Source: Bigelowiella natans CCMP2755 (Eukaryota; Protista; Cercozoa). Taken from it: 64,000 nt of DNA. Below, one piece after another: positions 1 to 17,155 of this stretch. Each line of letters begins with the position of its first letter. The first letter of the stretch is position 1. Both the position numbers and the translations under genes were made by a program. The stretch spans positions 1-64,000 of the forward strand of contig ADNK01001636.1 in NCBI GenBank assembly GCA_000320545.1, given 5' to 3'. The notes beneath the pieces were generated by a model. The model saw only the letters and a program-made list of their open reading frames with translations. It made no database searches and was not told where the DNA came from.

Positions 1-1957
1 TGATGATGATGACGATGATGATGACGCTTGGGAGCTCATAGTTATGTGCGTGTGTGATGAATCTCTCAGGCAGCAAGAAGGACTTCTTCGTGTCGGTGCG
101 CAGAAGCACAGTGGTAGTTAACCCTTTACACTAAAAAGTGTCTAAATAAGAACAGCTTGCTATGCAGTGTGTAACGATAGTACTCACAACACCGCACCGT
201 TGTCCGCGACTCAGGAGAATCGAGCCCCCCCCCCCCCCGCGGTTTTGTCTGCTTTTGCTTCTTTTGATTTTGTTGTTTTTTTTTGGTTACTGCACGACGA
301 TTTCCAGGGTTCCCACACGCAGAAGATAGTGAAGCAAATTCAGCGCAGCCTGCACATGATATCAGATATCAAGGAAATAGACGATGGTACTGTCAATACC
401 ACCCACTGACTGAGAGTATCATCCATCCTTCCATCCTTGTTTGTTTGCTTGTTGCGGTGATTAGCGAGGGATTTTCCTGAACGATGTGTATTCGCACGAG
501 TGTGTGTGTGCGTGTGCGTGTGCGTGTGCGTGTGCGTGTGTGTGTGTCATGTATCGCTAAACACGCTCATAAGCAGATAATAGAATAGAGTGTGGATTTT
601 GAGAAGAAATCGCTCGACGAGTGAGTCGGTGCAATCCTAAGATATTCTTCATTTTGTCTATTTAGAACAAGAATATGATCCACGAGCGAGCGCCCTGATG
701 CGGGGTATCACGCCGCCGCCCCCTCCTGATAGTGATGAGGAAGACTCGGACGACACGTCATGAGGGCGGGTGACGAAGGAGCGGCATTGAGATAATGATT
801 GAAAATAAGGGAGGGGGTGACAGGAAGCAAGAATGAAAACATCGCAGAAATGAATGCCGTCGTTGATCTTTTGCAGTGTAGTACATTATTAGGTAGAAGT
901 GCACGTGCAGAGTATATATTGTTGTTAATATCATTATCATTAAATTATTATGCCAGAAATAATAATAGCGCAGCTTTTGCTCGTCGTTTATCTGCGGTTC
1001 ATTGTCATGTGCGGCTCGATATGTACTTCGCATCGTTGATAAGCTAGAATCGATGTAGCTTGATAGATCGCTGAACATGAATATCTAGGCTTTCTTAAGC
1101 TTTATTGCAGGCCCGGGCAAGAATGCATACAAGACGGATGTAATGAATCAATTAAATTTGTTCCATGGTCATCCTTATTATGTAGCTGTGCAAAGCAGCG
1201 GCTACAGCGCTAATGTTAAATCTGTCGGTTTCAATGTATGCGATGCGGCAACGGTCTACTAGCTTAGACCACGCTAGCACGTGTGGATAATGGCTTGCAC
1301 CCTGCTAGCTAGCTAGCATGTCTATGATCTATATGATGTGTCTCTCCGTCGATCTAGCCCGCCGCTTGTAGTCTGGGTGGTAGCTGCTCATTGCATGTTG
1401 CATAGTCACGGTGGCTCGACGTTTGCATGCAAGCAAGTTGTCATTGCGTCTTTGCGCGATCCGTCATTATCATAGCTGCTCATTAGAGCCTCGTGGCATG
1501 TTATATCACAGCATGCAATCCGTACATGCGCGAGCAATGACCTTGTTGTACGTACGTCTTATAGTCTCATGCAAAAATGCACAATTCTTCAATGCCTAGA
1601 TGCATTGGTTGAATGTTCACTGGGTTCATGCAATGAACCATGCTATCATGATGTCTAGATGTGCGAATGGACAAGCAGCGTGTACACCTAAATGCGATTT
1701 CTACGTTCGTACTGTGCGCCATCTAGACAGTGCTAGAGTAGTCACACCTTTAAATGACCAAAATCCCCCAAATAACATCTAGCTGGCCGTCTTCTCTAAT
1801 ACATGATCTAAATTAAACATGTCTTTCTTTACATTCATCGAAGCGATCTATTATATATTGTAGCGCGTGAGCATTATATTCTTCGGTATCTTCCTCAAGT
1901 GCTGTCGATTCATCTTATTGAGGGAAGTCTCTAAGTGCCTTTAAGACCCTTTTCTTG

Positions 1958-3365
1958 TCACCGATGAGCATTCCCATCTCCTGCAATGATAGTATTCAAA
2001 AAAGGAAATATGACTACGATGCGGAGAGGGAGAGGGAGGGAGATGTGATATAAAAACATGTTAACGTATAAGTCGATACGCTTTTCATTTGAGTTTATTG
2101 GAGATATCTCCGCACTTGAAGGATGTTCAGTGGAGTTGCAACATATAGCTATAGCTGTATTACGATGAAATCTGAAGTCTCGCACTCGCGAAGAACCTCG
2201 ATGCTATCCACAGCGTTTTTCTCCAGCTGATCGATAATAAAATTGTTTTCGCACGCATTATTCTTCACGATGATTGATAATGGATATAAGGGATGAGAAG
2301 TAATAATAATAACTACCAACTCCTGTATTCTCTCTCGCGCATGATCGTCCATGCCGTGAAAGAATCGATTCCAAGACAGCTGATGGGTAGTAGAAGGTGA
2401 CAAATGAAGCATATATACAATCGCATACGATTACTGTGCATTGTTTTTGCCTATATACCAGCGATCATTCGTCATCTAGAGTTTTCATTTTCCCCTCTTC
2501 CTCTTCATAAATCTGCTTCTTTTCCTTCTTCTACCTTCTTTTTCTTTTTCTTTTTCTTTTTCTTCTTCTTCTTCTTCTTCTTCTTCTTCTTCTTCCCATT
2601 ATAATTTGAGCAATGCCACTACTACTTGTTTAGTAGTAATAGAAGTACAACCCACCTACCTACCCTTCTATCTATTCATTCATCACCACCACCACCATCA
2701 TCACCCCCACACGTAACAGCACGCACCCTTCTATCCCTCGACTTGTCCTTCAGCCCTCCCCTCTCATCATCAGCATCGTCGTCATCGTCACTGAGCACGA
2801 TTCTTTTCCCATGGTTGGTGGTCCTGCTGCTACTACTACTATTGCTACTACTTCGTATTCGGTTGGTGGTGGTGGTGGTGGTTCCGCCAGTGTGTTTGCT
2901 GTTGTTGATGTTCCTGCTGCTGCTGCTATTACTTCTAGTCCTCTCCCCCGTTAGATCTCCTCCTCCTCCTCCTCCTCCTCCTCCTTTACGCACACCTGTG
3001 GATTTCAACCGTTGCATTTGTCGCGCGAGGTAGTTTGAGGCCCTTTCCACGTTGCCTCTGCATTCAGCAAGTGCGAGTGTGCTGCACTCCAAATCGAAGC
3101 CCATATCCGTCAACTGCGAGAGCTTCTCCGGGGTAGTGAGATTCTGAAGACAACAAGCGTCGATGATGGAGGATGAGCGATGGATATGATGGCAGTAGTC
3201 AACGATAAAAAATCAACAAGGTGAGAGGAGCATTGCAGGACAAATAGCTCGATGATACGCGGGCTTTGTCGAAGGCATTATAATTAGCTTTTATGAGTAT
3301 TCGGCACAAGAACCACGGTTTCCACACACGTGTTAGTGTCTGTTGTGTGAGTGCGTGAGTGCGCG

Positions 3366-3402
<37 letters not shown>

Positions 3403-5300
3403 TTAACAGACATCACCTTCTTAGATTCGAGCAACGGGTTCCAAACTCTCTGCCGCCATTGTCTTTGCTTCTCCTGCTCTTCCTTCATGATTGCTGCTCG
3501 GAGACTAAGAGTCGTAGCCTTTTCGCCCGTGTGTGTGCTGGCCTTGGCCGCTGATTCTAGGGGAGGATCGTCGGGTATATTGTTGACCGGCCGATTCACA
3601 GTAACTGCGAGCTCATTGTACGCCCTTTGTATTCAGTAAAACTTATCAGTATTACTCTGCACGCGTCGCATATATGATGTAGATACTCAGGAAAATAAAA
3701 GCTGGAATCGTAAGTAGTAATAGTAGTAGTAGGTGTTTGTAGTAGAAGTAGTAAAAATTAAATTTGTGCCTAAATTTTCTTCTCCCCCCCCCCCCCCCAC
3801 CATTCTCCAGTAATACCGCGCTGCCTCAATCTCCGTCTCAAAAACACCAAGTATTATGTTTTGGCCGTCGAAAGAAATCCGTGAGAGCCATTCCTGTCCT
3901 TTCCTAGAAACTCCTATGTATCTTGACGTTTTGCGCCCCTTCTTCCTACCGCCTGGGGACCTTCTCGGTTTCTTTTTCCCACTCGCACGCGCGATACCCT
4001 TCTTGCGCTTTGGCGCGGAAGTGCGAGGCCTCTTCTTCTGCTTCTTTCCCTTAGAATATTCTTTGACGGTGCGGCTTTCCTTCCTAATGCCAGCGCATCC
4101 TTCGTCGTTTATTCCGTCCTACGATGTTATTTGTCAAATCAAGTGGGACTATAATTATTTATCTCTGTACATATGCCCGCATATACATACATTACGAGAA
4201 GGAGGGGGGCGTAGCGAGGTCGTCTTCTCGCACAGAATATCGGTTTATCATCGGTGTATTATTCTATGTCTTCATACATTACCTCGATTGAAGTCATCTC
4301 CTCATCATCAGATGTGGAAATGCCATCGTCATCATCAAAGAACAGGTCGCCATTATCCCTTTCCTCATGCCCCAAGTCTTGTTTCGTATTCTCACTCCTA
4401 GCTCGAACGCCGTCCTTTTCCGCTAGAACTTCTAGTGATTTGCCTTTAACTCTGATATTGGGGCAAGGTCGGGAAGCTATGGGAACAGGTGCTGGTGCGT
4501 GGTGTGGATGATATACATGTCTTTTCATTTATATTCAACTAAATTCTCCAGTCTCCCTAGCCCCCGCTACCCCGATACCTTTGAAGAGAGTGTCCGCATG
4601 TTTCTTCCCCTACAATTTCCGCTGAATATTTGCCTTCTTTCTCTTCTCTTTCGACATATCTATCATCGTCATCGCAATGTTCCCTTCGGTCATCATCCCT
4701 CCGCCCCATTTTACCCCCCTGCCCAAGTGAAGTAGTTCCCGTGATTTCTTCTCCGCAATCCTCCTCATCTGTTGCCTCAACTCTCTCCATGCTATCGTCG
4801 TTATCATCCTCTATCGCCTTGACAGCGTTAAGAGGCCGGCCTAACGTTCGAGCTACTCGATTGTAAGCCCTAAGTTTTGTTATCATTGTGGAGCGAAATA
4901 CATCAGACGATCAGCTTCACTTCCAGTATTACAAGACTTCCTAGGTTGTCACATTGACACATATCAACGGTCTTCACCCCGACCGTTGCGGCTTTATCCT
5001 ACCCCCCCCCTGCTGCTGCAGCATTCGCCCTCCCCGATCTCAAAAAGTCCGTAATGGCTGACAATTTTGCGCATGTGGTGATACCGGGCTGCCTCGTCTT
5101 CATTTAAAAAGTTTCCTAGCCTTCGAACTTTTCCGCGATAGGTGATTCGGGCGATAAACTTGCCATTAAACCGGGTAACTCCGGTATACTTTGAGGTTTT
5201 ATTCGGATAATAACCAGGCTTATACCTTCTCATTGAGACAGCCGCTCCAGGGAAGGCTACCCCAGCTTTCCTTAATCTAGGTGAGGAATGAAACGCATAG
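1958..5300 (-). CDS. Multi-exon AP2/ERF-domain DNA-binding protein with two AP2 domains and a UBA domain (ends approximate)
   Basis: AP2 #1 SKYTGVTRFNGKFIARITYRGKVRRLGNFLNEDEAAR splices in frame (GT at 5084, AG at about 4871) to AYNRVARTLGRPLN. AP2 #2 (about 3815-3930) TSRYIGVSRKGQEWLSRISFDGQNIILGVFETEIEAAR continues as AYNELAVTVNRPVN. UBA motif QLTDMGFDLECSTLALAECRGNVERASNYL lies at about 3025-3125. Confidence 0.75.
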
Positions 5301-5975
5301 ACTAGTCAGAAGGTTACATTTTTAAACTTAGAATAAGCTCTTTCTAATCTGATAAATGTTATTTTCATCTCTCTCGAAGTGTTTCATTGGCAGAGGCTCG
5401 CAACCAAAAAATAATCCGATTCACGCTTCTCGCGACCCCCTGCACGCATCATTTCGAATAAACAAGCTCTCCTGTATTCGTTCTCGAACGTGAAATCTAT
5501 CCGAGCTTCGTCCACTACCTTTCCCTTCGCTACGCTACTTCGTGGATGGCATTGCGATGCATCCACTTCCAATTACCGGTAGACCCTCTATATTTTCGTT
5601 CAGATGCGACAATAGATTGCTCTTGTCGCATTTAAAAAAATACGGGTGAATGCGCTATGGGCGACGCCTAATAAATAGACAAAATATTTCTGGGCTGTAT
5701 CGTAGGAAAATATAGTTTATAACCAGCGACATACAACCTAATAGCTTCAAAACAGCGGTAGTGCCTTTGCGTGCATTTGGGCAATATTTTCAGCGGTGAA
5801 TAACCTGGGACAGAGCACGTTGGCTGGATTTTTTTCCGAGACTGGATTTTCTCGAGAATCTCCGGATCGTCTCCGGTGCAAGAACGTACGTGGGAGATGA
5901 CGCAAACCCCACCACCACCCGAAGCACCTGCATCTCCCTAGCCGGAACGAGGCCCCTCCTTAGGGTGCAGAGTCA

Positions 5976-7240
5976 TGGAGGCAATGAGACGAGAGGTGGG
6001 CTCTATATCAAGTTATTGTAATGAGCGCATTAGAAAAAGTGCTTGCTTAAGGGCCTGTGCAGCGCATATGAACGCATACATCTAAGATTTTCAAACACCC
6101 ACAGGTGGTGGAGCTTCGTGCGCTGCTGCAAAGTAAGGACCAGGAGATAGCGCGGCTGCGGTCTCATGTTTCAGTGTTGAAGGATAAAGGAGGTCTAAAT
6201 CCCCTTCGGCGGGCAGAGCTTCTCAGCCGCGGCCACGCCATTCGACAAAGACTGATAGCGCATGCAACGAGCAGTAGCACCACTAGCAGCAGCGAAAATA
6301 GGAATATTGGCAGTACAAAGCGGCGTGCCACTTCCAAGAGCAGTGACAACGATAGCAACGCCGTCCCTGCTGACCACCTGGTTTTTCCCCCCTTCCCCCC
6401 TTTCATCAGCGCACACGCTGCAGCTGAAATTCAAGGGCATTATTGGGGGAGTGGGTAGGAAGGGATTCGTGAGATAAATAAAATTCCGCACTTTTCATAC
6501 TCACAAGCATGTTTGTTTGTTTGTTTGTGCTGTGTGCTTGCGCTTATTTGTTAACGCCCATTCCTATTAAATGGGGGATCATCACATCGCATCGCATGGC
6601 CACACAACAAATCCCCGCGGCACACAGAACGGTCAGAGCACTACGAGCACAGACAAGGTAATTGTAGGCGTTGCACTAGCGGTGGTATCAACAGTGGTGA
6701 TTCTCCTCCAAAGCTTGGATCGTAGAATGGAGAGCCTATGCTGCGCTTGCTGTATAGTTCTTTCCTATCCACATTCCAAATCATCAGTCTATCATTTCCC
6801 ATCGTCCTATGATATGTGCTGGTGCTGCTCTTATCTGGCCCCACTTTTTTCCAATAAGTAGTGAATTATTCTCACCTCCCACCACCTCCTCCTTCCCATC
6901 ATACTCTCCTAGGTCACCACCACACGGAGAACATCCGAGGACGGGAAATGGCGTGCCGATGACAACAACGACGACGTCAAGCGAAGCAACGAGCGCGGAA
7001 ATGAGAATGACGACAGAAGATCCCCTGTTAGTGTGCACGCCTTTGTGGAAAGGGTACGAACACCGAATGCTACTAAATCGTATCGTGTATTTGTGCTGTG
7101 ATGAAGAAAGCGCCTAATACAGCAACAATTAAACTCATCAAAGGTGCATGATAATACTCGACTAATCAACCTTGCTCTTGATAAACGAACGAGTCTCTCG
7201 ACGAGACTAGCAATGCTAGGAGGCCGGTATTATTACCCAC

Positions 7241-7281
<41 letters not shown>

Positions 7282-8124
7282 ACACACACATAGAAACATA
7301 ACTGAATCTCCATAAGCATAATCATCATCGCCGTCGTTATCATCTACGGACTAATGAGACCTGCTGCTCCTCCTCCTCATTACCTTCTCTCTCTCTCTCT
7401 CTCTCGCTCTCTCTCTCTCCTCATCTTCCTGGAATGTTATTAATCTACATCATCATTATCAACAACAACAACAATAGTGTGAAGCTGATGCTGGAGAAGG
7501 CATTGAACGAGCATGCAGAGCTTATTTTAAAAACCCCAAGGAAAGGTTGGCATTAAAATAGCCTCATCCCCCCTCCCCACTTCGCAAGACCAAAAACGAA
7601 ACACTAATCAGTAAATCAACCTGTTTCAGGATCTAATGGCCGCTACTCCTCCTCCTCCTCAAGACATGCACAAGCGATGTACTTCATCCATTTTATAGCA
7701 ATAACCAGCGCCACCTGCTGCTGCTGCTGCCGCTGCTGCTGCTAATCTCTTACGCGCACTACGTTAACGCAGCGTTGGAAAAATATTTGAAAGCAATATT
7801 GCATTTGGCGAAATCTTCTATTGGGGATGGCGCGCAAAAACTTGCATTTTTTTTTTTGAGTTTTACACTTTCATTGTCTGGGGGATATACTTTCCTCCTT
7901 TTTTTGACCGGATAATATATACGTGTATGTGTACCTATATTTACGGTGTTGTTATTGCTGTATCGCTACAGAGACCGGAGGGAAATGGAGAAACTCAAAT
8001 CAAAAGCACGGTGCGTTTGATGATGGAGAGAGAGAAAGACAATTCTGCAAAAACTGTCATAATTGTGAAACATTTGTGGATGAAAAAATACGAAACATAT
8101 CTGTATTAATACAAAAAAATATTA

Positions 8125-8162
<38 letters not shown>

Positions 8163-8784
8163 GATACTCAAAGCATCTCTTATCGTTATCTCTGTCCCCC
8201 CCCCCCCCCTATTCGAAGATTGTTAGAGGAGGAAAACCATTTTCTCCACTCGATGCTAAGCGACAAGGAACATCAAGTAAAAACAATAAGCACTACGAAT
8301 AGAGAAAGAGCATCGATATCACGACTCAACACCACGAGAGCTATAAACTTACCGCAATACGACATAACTAGGAACGAAGAAGGGGTGTGGGATGGTAACA
8401 CATTCTTCCCCTTTGTCGTTATCTTCATTACCATCGAAACGCTAACAGTCGCAACTCTATCCTGCTACAGACGTCATCAGCGCAGCATGAGAACACGGTG
8501 TTGTCGCGGCTGGTGAAAGAGGGAGAGAGGAGGGTGGGGCAGGTGCGGGAGGAGGCATCGCTGCTCTCGGATACGCTCAAGGCTTCACTTCAAAGCCTAT
8601 CTGGTGAGATGAAGAAGCAAGTAGCACGCTTACGAGAGGAGCGGGAGATGTTGACGTCGTCGCTCCGTACGGCCCTTGACCGTGCAGCCCTTGAGAACAC
8701 AGCGCTCAGGTAAATTGAAGGAGGAGGAGGAGGAGGAGGAGGAGGAGGAGGAGGAAGGGGGGTGGGAACAAATGTGCGTGTGTG

Positions 8785-8822
<38 letters not shown>

Positions 8823-9017
8823 CAGGATTTCTTCTCTTTTTTAAAAGTGCGGAATACTTCGTGAAAACAGGTCGCAATTGGCTGCGTGCGGTGTGAGTGT
8901 CGACTCTATCCTGCAAGGCGTTGTTGAGAAGATGATGGAAGAAGAAAAGCAAAGAGAGGAGGCCAAGCAGAAGGAGCTGCTACGGCAGCAGGGGGCGGCT
9001 ACTCCAAACGAGTAGTA
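5976..9017 (+). CDS. Probable multi-exon coiled-coil hypothetical protein (may be more than one gene)
   Basis: ATG-GAG-GCA exon with a GT donor near 5997 and an AG acceptor before 6105 (VVELRALLQSKDQEIARLRSH). Heptad-like exons at 8220-8280, 8470-8710 and 8870-9017. No recognisable domain. Confidence 0.35.
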
Positions 9018-10478
9018 AGCGTGATGTTGAACGGAGTCGATGTTGTGCAAATGTCATCCGACACAAGCTGCTTGCTACTAAATGCACGTGCAATAGAGCC
9101 ATGGCTGGGAGAAAATGGCGACATTCCAACTGACGATGTACAAAGAAATGCGATGATTTCGACAGATTCTGAAATGACTGTGCACTGCGCCCAATGAAAA
9201 TCCCAGTGAGCGATGTGATCTTGATTGTGCATCTAGCTTTCTGCGCGAACAACTGCCAGCTCATGCGCAAAGCAAAGAGCAGTCGTCATTGGCCTCATCA
9301 ACTCGTGTACACCAATGGCCACCCTGCCATGTGAACTCCCAGTCTGCGGTCGGTGCACGATGTGTGCAAACTGATGAGCAATATTTCCACCGTGACAATC
9401 AAACCGAAAGCTAGAAAGTGTTATAGTGTGAAGTTTTGTGTCCAAGGCTGCGGCCACGCTAGCAGGAGACGACCTGGCGGATCGGACCAATTGACATCTG
9501 CATGAAAGAAACAAAGAAGTGGCTTCGTTCTTTGGCGCGGTGCGGTTGAATAGACGAAAGGATCATGGAATCGACATCGAATGGGACGCGCTGACTTGCT
9601 AGCTTGCCCGTGCATGCTAGCGTGTCCTCCCTAGCAGAACACCAAGAAAAATTGAGGGTTCATTTTGACCGCACCAGCGGAATAATTTCTTTCTTTTTTT
9701 CCTTCACATCCGCCAGTCACGGAACTTGGACGCTTGTTAGCTTGGCAGAGCGTAATTTAGCAATGCATTGATCGAAGCCTTGCCAGCAAGGTGTCGTAGG
9801 GGGGCACTCGGTCCAGCGACGCGTGTCCCTCCGATCCACACGCTAGCACGCGCAACTCATCAAACTGGCACTGTGCAAGCATGATGCAGATTGAGCAGTG
9901 TCATGCCTCGCATTAGAAGTAGGAGTCCAACGAAACGGATCGGGGGTTCAATTTGGGTCTAAAAACCTTGACGCGGGGTGCTGACAATGCAGTTACGCCG
10001 CCGTTTTGGCTGTGGCCAATTGGCTGTGGCGTTCTGTGCCCGCATCCAAACTAGCAAAGCTAGATCCAACCAGCGAAAGCTTCGAGATTCGAAACATTTG
10101 GATGTTGGGACTGACATGGTCGAGTGGCACTGACTCAGACGTAGCCTCCCTCCCGGCCCCACACCCGCAAGAAAAAAATGAGAGCGTGATTTGAGGTCAC
10201 CCATTCTCCCTGATTCATCATCGGTAACTGCATGATGATTTCCCTCGAAAACCCTTTCGTTTTTTCATCTGCGACATGAGGATCACGATGTCTACCACGC
10301 GCAAACGGCTTAAGGGAATGCCGTTACGTGTCGAATGTCGGCTGTTCTGGTTGTCGCTCGTGTAAAATATCCCCCAAAGTTGGTTGTCGTTCGTGTTGGA
10401 TTTCCCAGGATTTCCCCGATTTTATCTCTCAATTGACCAAGTTTCAGCCTTTTGCATGCATGCTCGTGGACGTATGAG

Positions 10479-13059
<2,581 letters not shown>

Positions 13060-14442
13060 GAGAAATTCATACACCCCCCCCCCCCCACACACACACATAC
13101 AGAATGCAAATTAACATTTTTTGTGATAACTTTCTGCCCTTTTTCAGAACGATATTCTATTTTGTCGTAGTGGTGCGAGTACTTGGTTGAGAGTGTAGAC
13201 TGAAATAATCGCCTCTTTACACAGACCGAGTCCGTGTTATACCGTGGGTTGGGCTGTGTGTACCATCCTTTAAGGTCGTTGTGAAATAGCGAGAGAACAC
13301 GCTAGTAACAGTATGGAAAATAAATGGAAAAAAATCGGAATGATGAGAGGCCTTCTGTTTTCAATGGGGTTTGCATGGGAAGAGGAGTGGAATACATTTT
13401 CAATTGAGAGATTAAGAGAATCGACAACAAATATGTAATGACTTTCCTCGCTGCGTAGAACTTGATGTTCTCAATCTTTCTTTTGTTGTGTTTTTGGTGC
13501 ATGCTAATCTGATTAGGAGATCACCGTGCAGAAACTGCGCATCTTGCCTGAATCCTACCTAAAAGTAACAAAAGCTGAGAAAAAGTTCTGCTATCTACGA
13601 TGTAATATGCGGCGCAGAACCAGAGAAATGGCGTTGGCATTGTTGAAGCTCGTGTTAGCGCTCGTTGCATGTCGTACGTCCGTGCGCATCCACATGCTAC
13701 TAGCATGAGCATTTTGTAACCGTTGAGCGCAGCCAGCGGGATGTGTAACACATTTAGACATGACTAGATTACATGATGCAGATCGAATGTGCATAGCATG
13801 ATGGCATGCAGCGCTTGCGTGACAAGCAGGACACGCTAGCACGTGCAAGCCTGTAATTGTGCATCGCTGCGCTATCTAGCTATAGCATGTAGTGCAGCAA
13901 ATCTATCTACCTAACTAGGCATTGCTAGATTGCTAGATTACACTGTGCACTGCTAAATGTTCTAGCTAGCTAGACTGGTCTGCGCAACTGCAATGCAAGC
14001 GATGCTAGCGATGGTGAGCACATCAATACATCTGCTTGCTCAATCGCATCTCTCTAGCTGCCCACAGATCTAGAGATGCGCCGAGAGCTCATGCATACGT
14101 ATGTGCGCATCGAGACTTGATCGTCTCGGCATCCAAGTTGGCGGGTTCCATAGAAGTCGTATGTCGACCTGCTACTGCCTCATGGCTATAGCTAGCTGCG
14201 TTTCTCGCTAGCTGGCGCAATAAGCAATTTATCAAATAAACTGCTGGACACCGCCGCATGTGCATCTCTATACATAGCTAGATAGCTACATAGTGTATAC
14301 ATACGCAGTCCTAGCTATCACGCATAGTATACATCAAAGCAACGACGCAAGGCTTGATGCGGTAAGCAACATCCAGTTAAGTTCATCAGCTCGCACGCTA
14401 GAGCGCTCCACCACGTTCCAACTGCTCGGACTAATCACATTA

Positions 14443-17155
14443 TTACACTTGCTTCTCCACTGGTGATGGCTTCAACAACGGGGCATTTCCTGACGAGTCG
14501 AGCGAAGTGTTTGCTTCATGGCGATGCTGCTGCTGACGACGGTAATCACTACCAGCACCCGTAGTCTTGTTTGAAACTCGTAGAAACAGCGTCCTCCGCA
14601 CCTCCGCCCTCTCCATTATCCAAATACTGCCGGCCATCGCCACAGCAGCGGCAAGAATGGCAGTTAGCATCATAAATACGGCGTTCCAACCATAGCTTTG
14701 GGATACATAGCCGATGATGACTTGCCCGACAGCAGCTGCAGCACTCCCAGCTCCATCGACTATACCAACAATAGCAGATGTCGCGCCACGATGGCCACGA
14801 GCGCCAACGTCCGCTGTTCAGATGAATCGGGTGATGAAGTGCTGTCAGCTGATTTCTCTGTGCGATGCGATGTACAAAAAGGAGGGGAGGGGGGGGGGGG
14901 GGGGGTTCCAGGTTGCATATACACATACATCATAGCATATGATATCGATTCGTATCATAAATGCGTATATACACGAAGTAACCATCAAAACACAAGATGC
15001 AGCCACCTCACCTGCTACCGCCGTGTGCATAAGCATGCAAGGACCCCCAGTCGTGAAACCGATGGAGAAGATCACGGGGAGGAGCGCCTCCCATGTCGAT
15101 ACCGCAACAATGCTCAGGGAGCAAAAGCAGGCGGCCAAGAGCATTACGAAGAACACGGGGGGGCGCGAACCGAGGAGATCTGATGCCTTTCCGCTCAACA
15201 AGCTTCCCAAAACTTGAGCAGCATCATAGGCCATTGCAAGGAGCGTAGCAGAGGACTCAGAGAACTTCAAACCCTGCGCACGTTAGAATCTTACGCGGTG
15301 TTGTGACGAGCTGATATTCCACCCACTCTCCCCTCTATCGCTACTAGCTACTACTAGTGCTATTTGCTTCTGCTGCTTTCTTCTACTGCGCTTTCTGTAC
15401 CTACCTCGGTCATGTAGAATACAATCCAAAAAAACATGCTAGAATCCACCGTTTTTACGCATGCGTACGTGACAGCGTAGCTCGAGACTCCTGGAAGCAT
15501 CATGGCCTCTAGGAGGGATGGAGGAGCGGTAGTCTCACCGTTGTTACTACTACTACTACTACTACCACTGCTGTGGGGGCCCTCCCTCAAAAACCTAGAG
15601 CAATTGTTAGAAGGAATGAGCGGGAATTATGATGATAGATCGGATTCGCATCTGAGCGGACTTAAAAAAAACGATGAGGAAGGCATGCGAGTGCGATCAC
15701 GCTCAGTGCTTTCTTTGCTTAAGACTCTATCGAAGATGCTGATGATTCCGTCCAGCCAGCTGTGACGAGGTCCAGAAATCATCAGTATCTTCGGTCACAT
15801 CAGAAGAATCTTTGGAATGCAGAGAAAATTAACCGTCACCACGACCTACAGATCATCATCACTTGTCTGAAAGAACTCGTCGTTTACATTATCTGCAAAA
15901 GGCCGATGCCGGCTGTGAGCAGCGCAGGTGTGGTGAGGGTGTATTGGATTGTTTTCTCCGAAGTCACTGCAGCGAAGGTTGAAGTGATGGCTAATCCGAC
16001 AAGGTTACCAACCACGCCGTTAGTCGCCCATATTCCTGAGAGATAACAACTACTTACGTACATCGACACCTAGAATCCAAGGAAATGAAATGTTTAGTGA
16101 GTCTGTTTTGCATGTACCGAAGACCATGCCGCGACTCCTATTGAACCAGCCGCTTATTATCTTCACTCCGCATGGAATCGACGCAGACTGGAGGAGCGCC
16201 CACATTATTACGAGAGAGAAGTACCTAAAGGAAGCGTGGTTAGCAGTTCGCATCGATGGACGGCCATATTTTCGTCGTCTCTGTGCATATGTAGAATTGA
16301 AGCAAGGCTGACCATTACCATAGGTAGGCGTCCGAAGACATTCCAAGCGCTGCACTTGCGCCAAAAGCTGCTAGACAAAGGGAACTAGCTGCGACAGCCA
16401 ACCCCATGTGCATCACCTGAGAGAAACGAGGAAGAGTCTCTTATGATGAAAGCAGAAGAAGGGAGTCATTTCAGCCAAGCCTCTCTAGCAGCGAATACAG
16501 GCGCTGTGATAGAGATTTCACTCACGGTGTCTAATCTTTCAGCCAAGTAGCCATTGAGCAACAGTCCGAACCCGTATGAGACCATGAACGCTGTGTCTAG
16601 CCCCCCCAAAAACTTGTTGGAAAATCCCCACGATTCCTCCAGCTGTTAGTTATTAAAATAGCTTATCGATTTAGCCGTGCGAGCATGTTTTACACGATAC
16701 TGTTGAGTTATTCCTGTGGTTTGTCATTCTTTAGAGGTGCTTTTCGTCCTGAATCAACAAAATACCTCCGACTGTGTGGCGGCAAAGCTCTTTCTACCAG
16801 CGTGCACGAAAGCGTGGCCGAGATAGGTCAGGAGGAAGGCTGTCGAGGCGCCTCCCCATCCTCTTTGCACTTTGTGGCTTTTTAAGCTACCTGTGAAAAT
16901 TGATTTCGTAAATTGACGAAGTTCCAACCCACGAGCGTACAACGACCGCGTGAGCGACACGTTTGCATCGGTATTATGGATTGGACAGGAGATCAAATAG
17001 AGTACTTTTCTGCCAGTAAGCATTAGAACTATATCCTTGTATGTGCATATTAATTTATTGTATGGATTTCCCCTTTCATGCATTACACTGGTTACGGATT
17101 GCGTGCTTGCTTCTCTGCAAGAGATACGAGAAGGGCTACCACCTGGATCCCCCAT
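14443..17155 (-). CDS. MFS transporter, OPA/GlpT/SLC37 (sugar-phosphate or glycerol-3-phosphate exchanger) family, multi-exon
   Basis: Exons in order: AFLLTYLGHAFVHAGRKSF; LGGLDTAFMVSYGFGLLLNGYLAEK; LQSASIPCGVKIISGWFNRSRGMVFG; IWATNGVVGNLVG; PGVSSYAVTYACVKTVDSSMFFW; YDAAQVLGSLLSGKASD; AIVGIVDGAGS. These are characteristic SLC37/GlpT motifs. Confidence 0.85.

Noticed and set aside
2404-3033. Plus-strand poly-Phe/Leu/Pro ORFs, and similar ORFs at 55.9-63.7 kb
   Set aside because: They are translations of microsatellites or the antisense strand of real exons.
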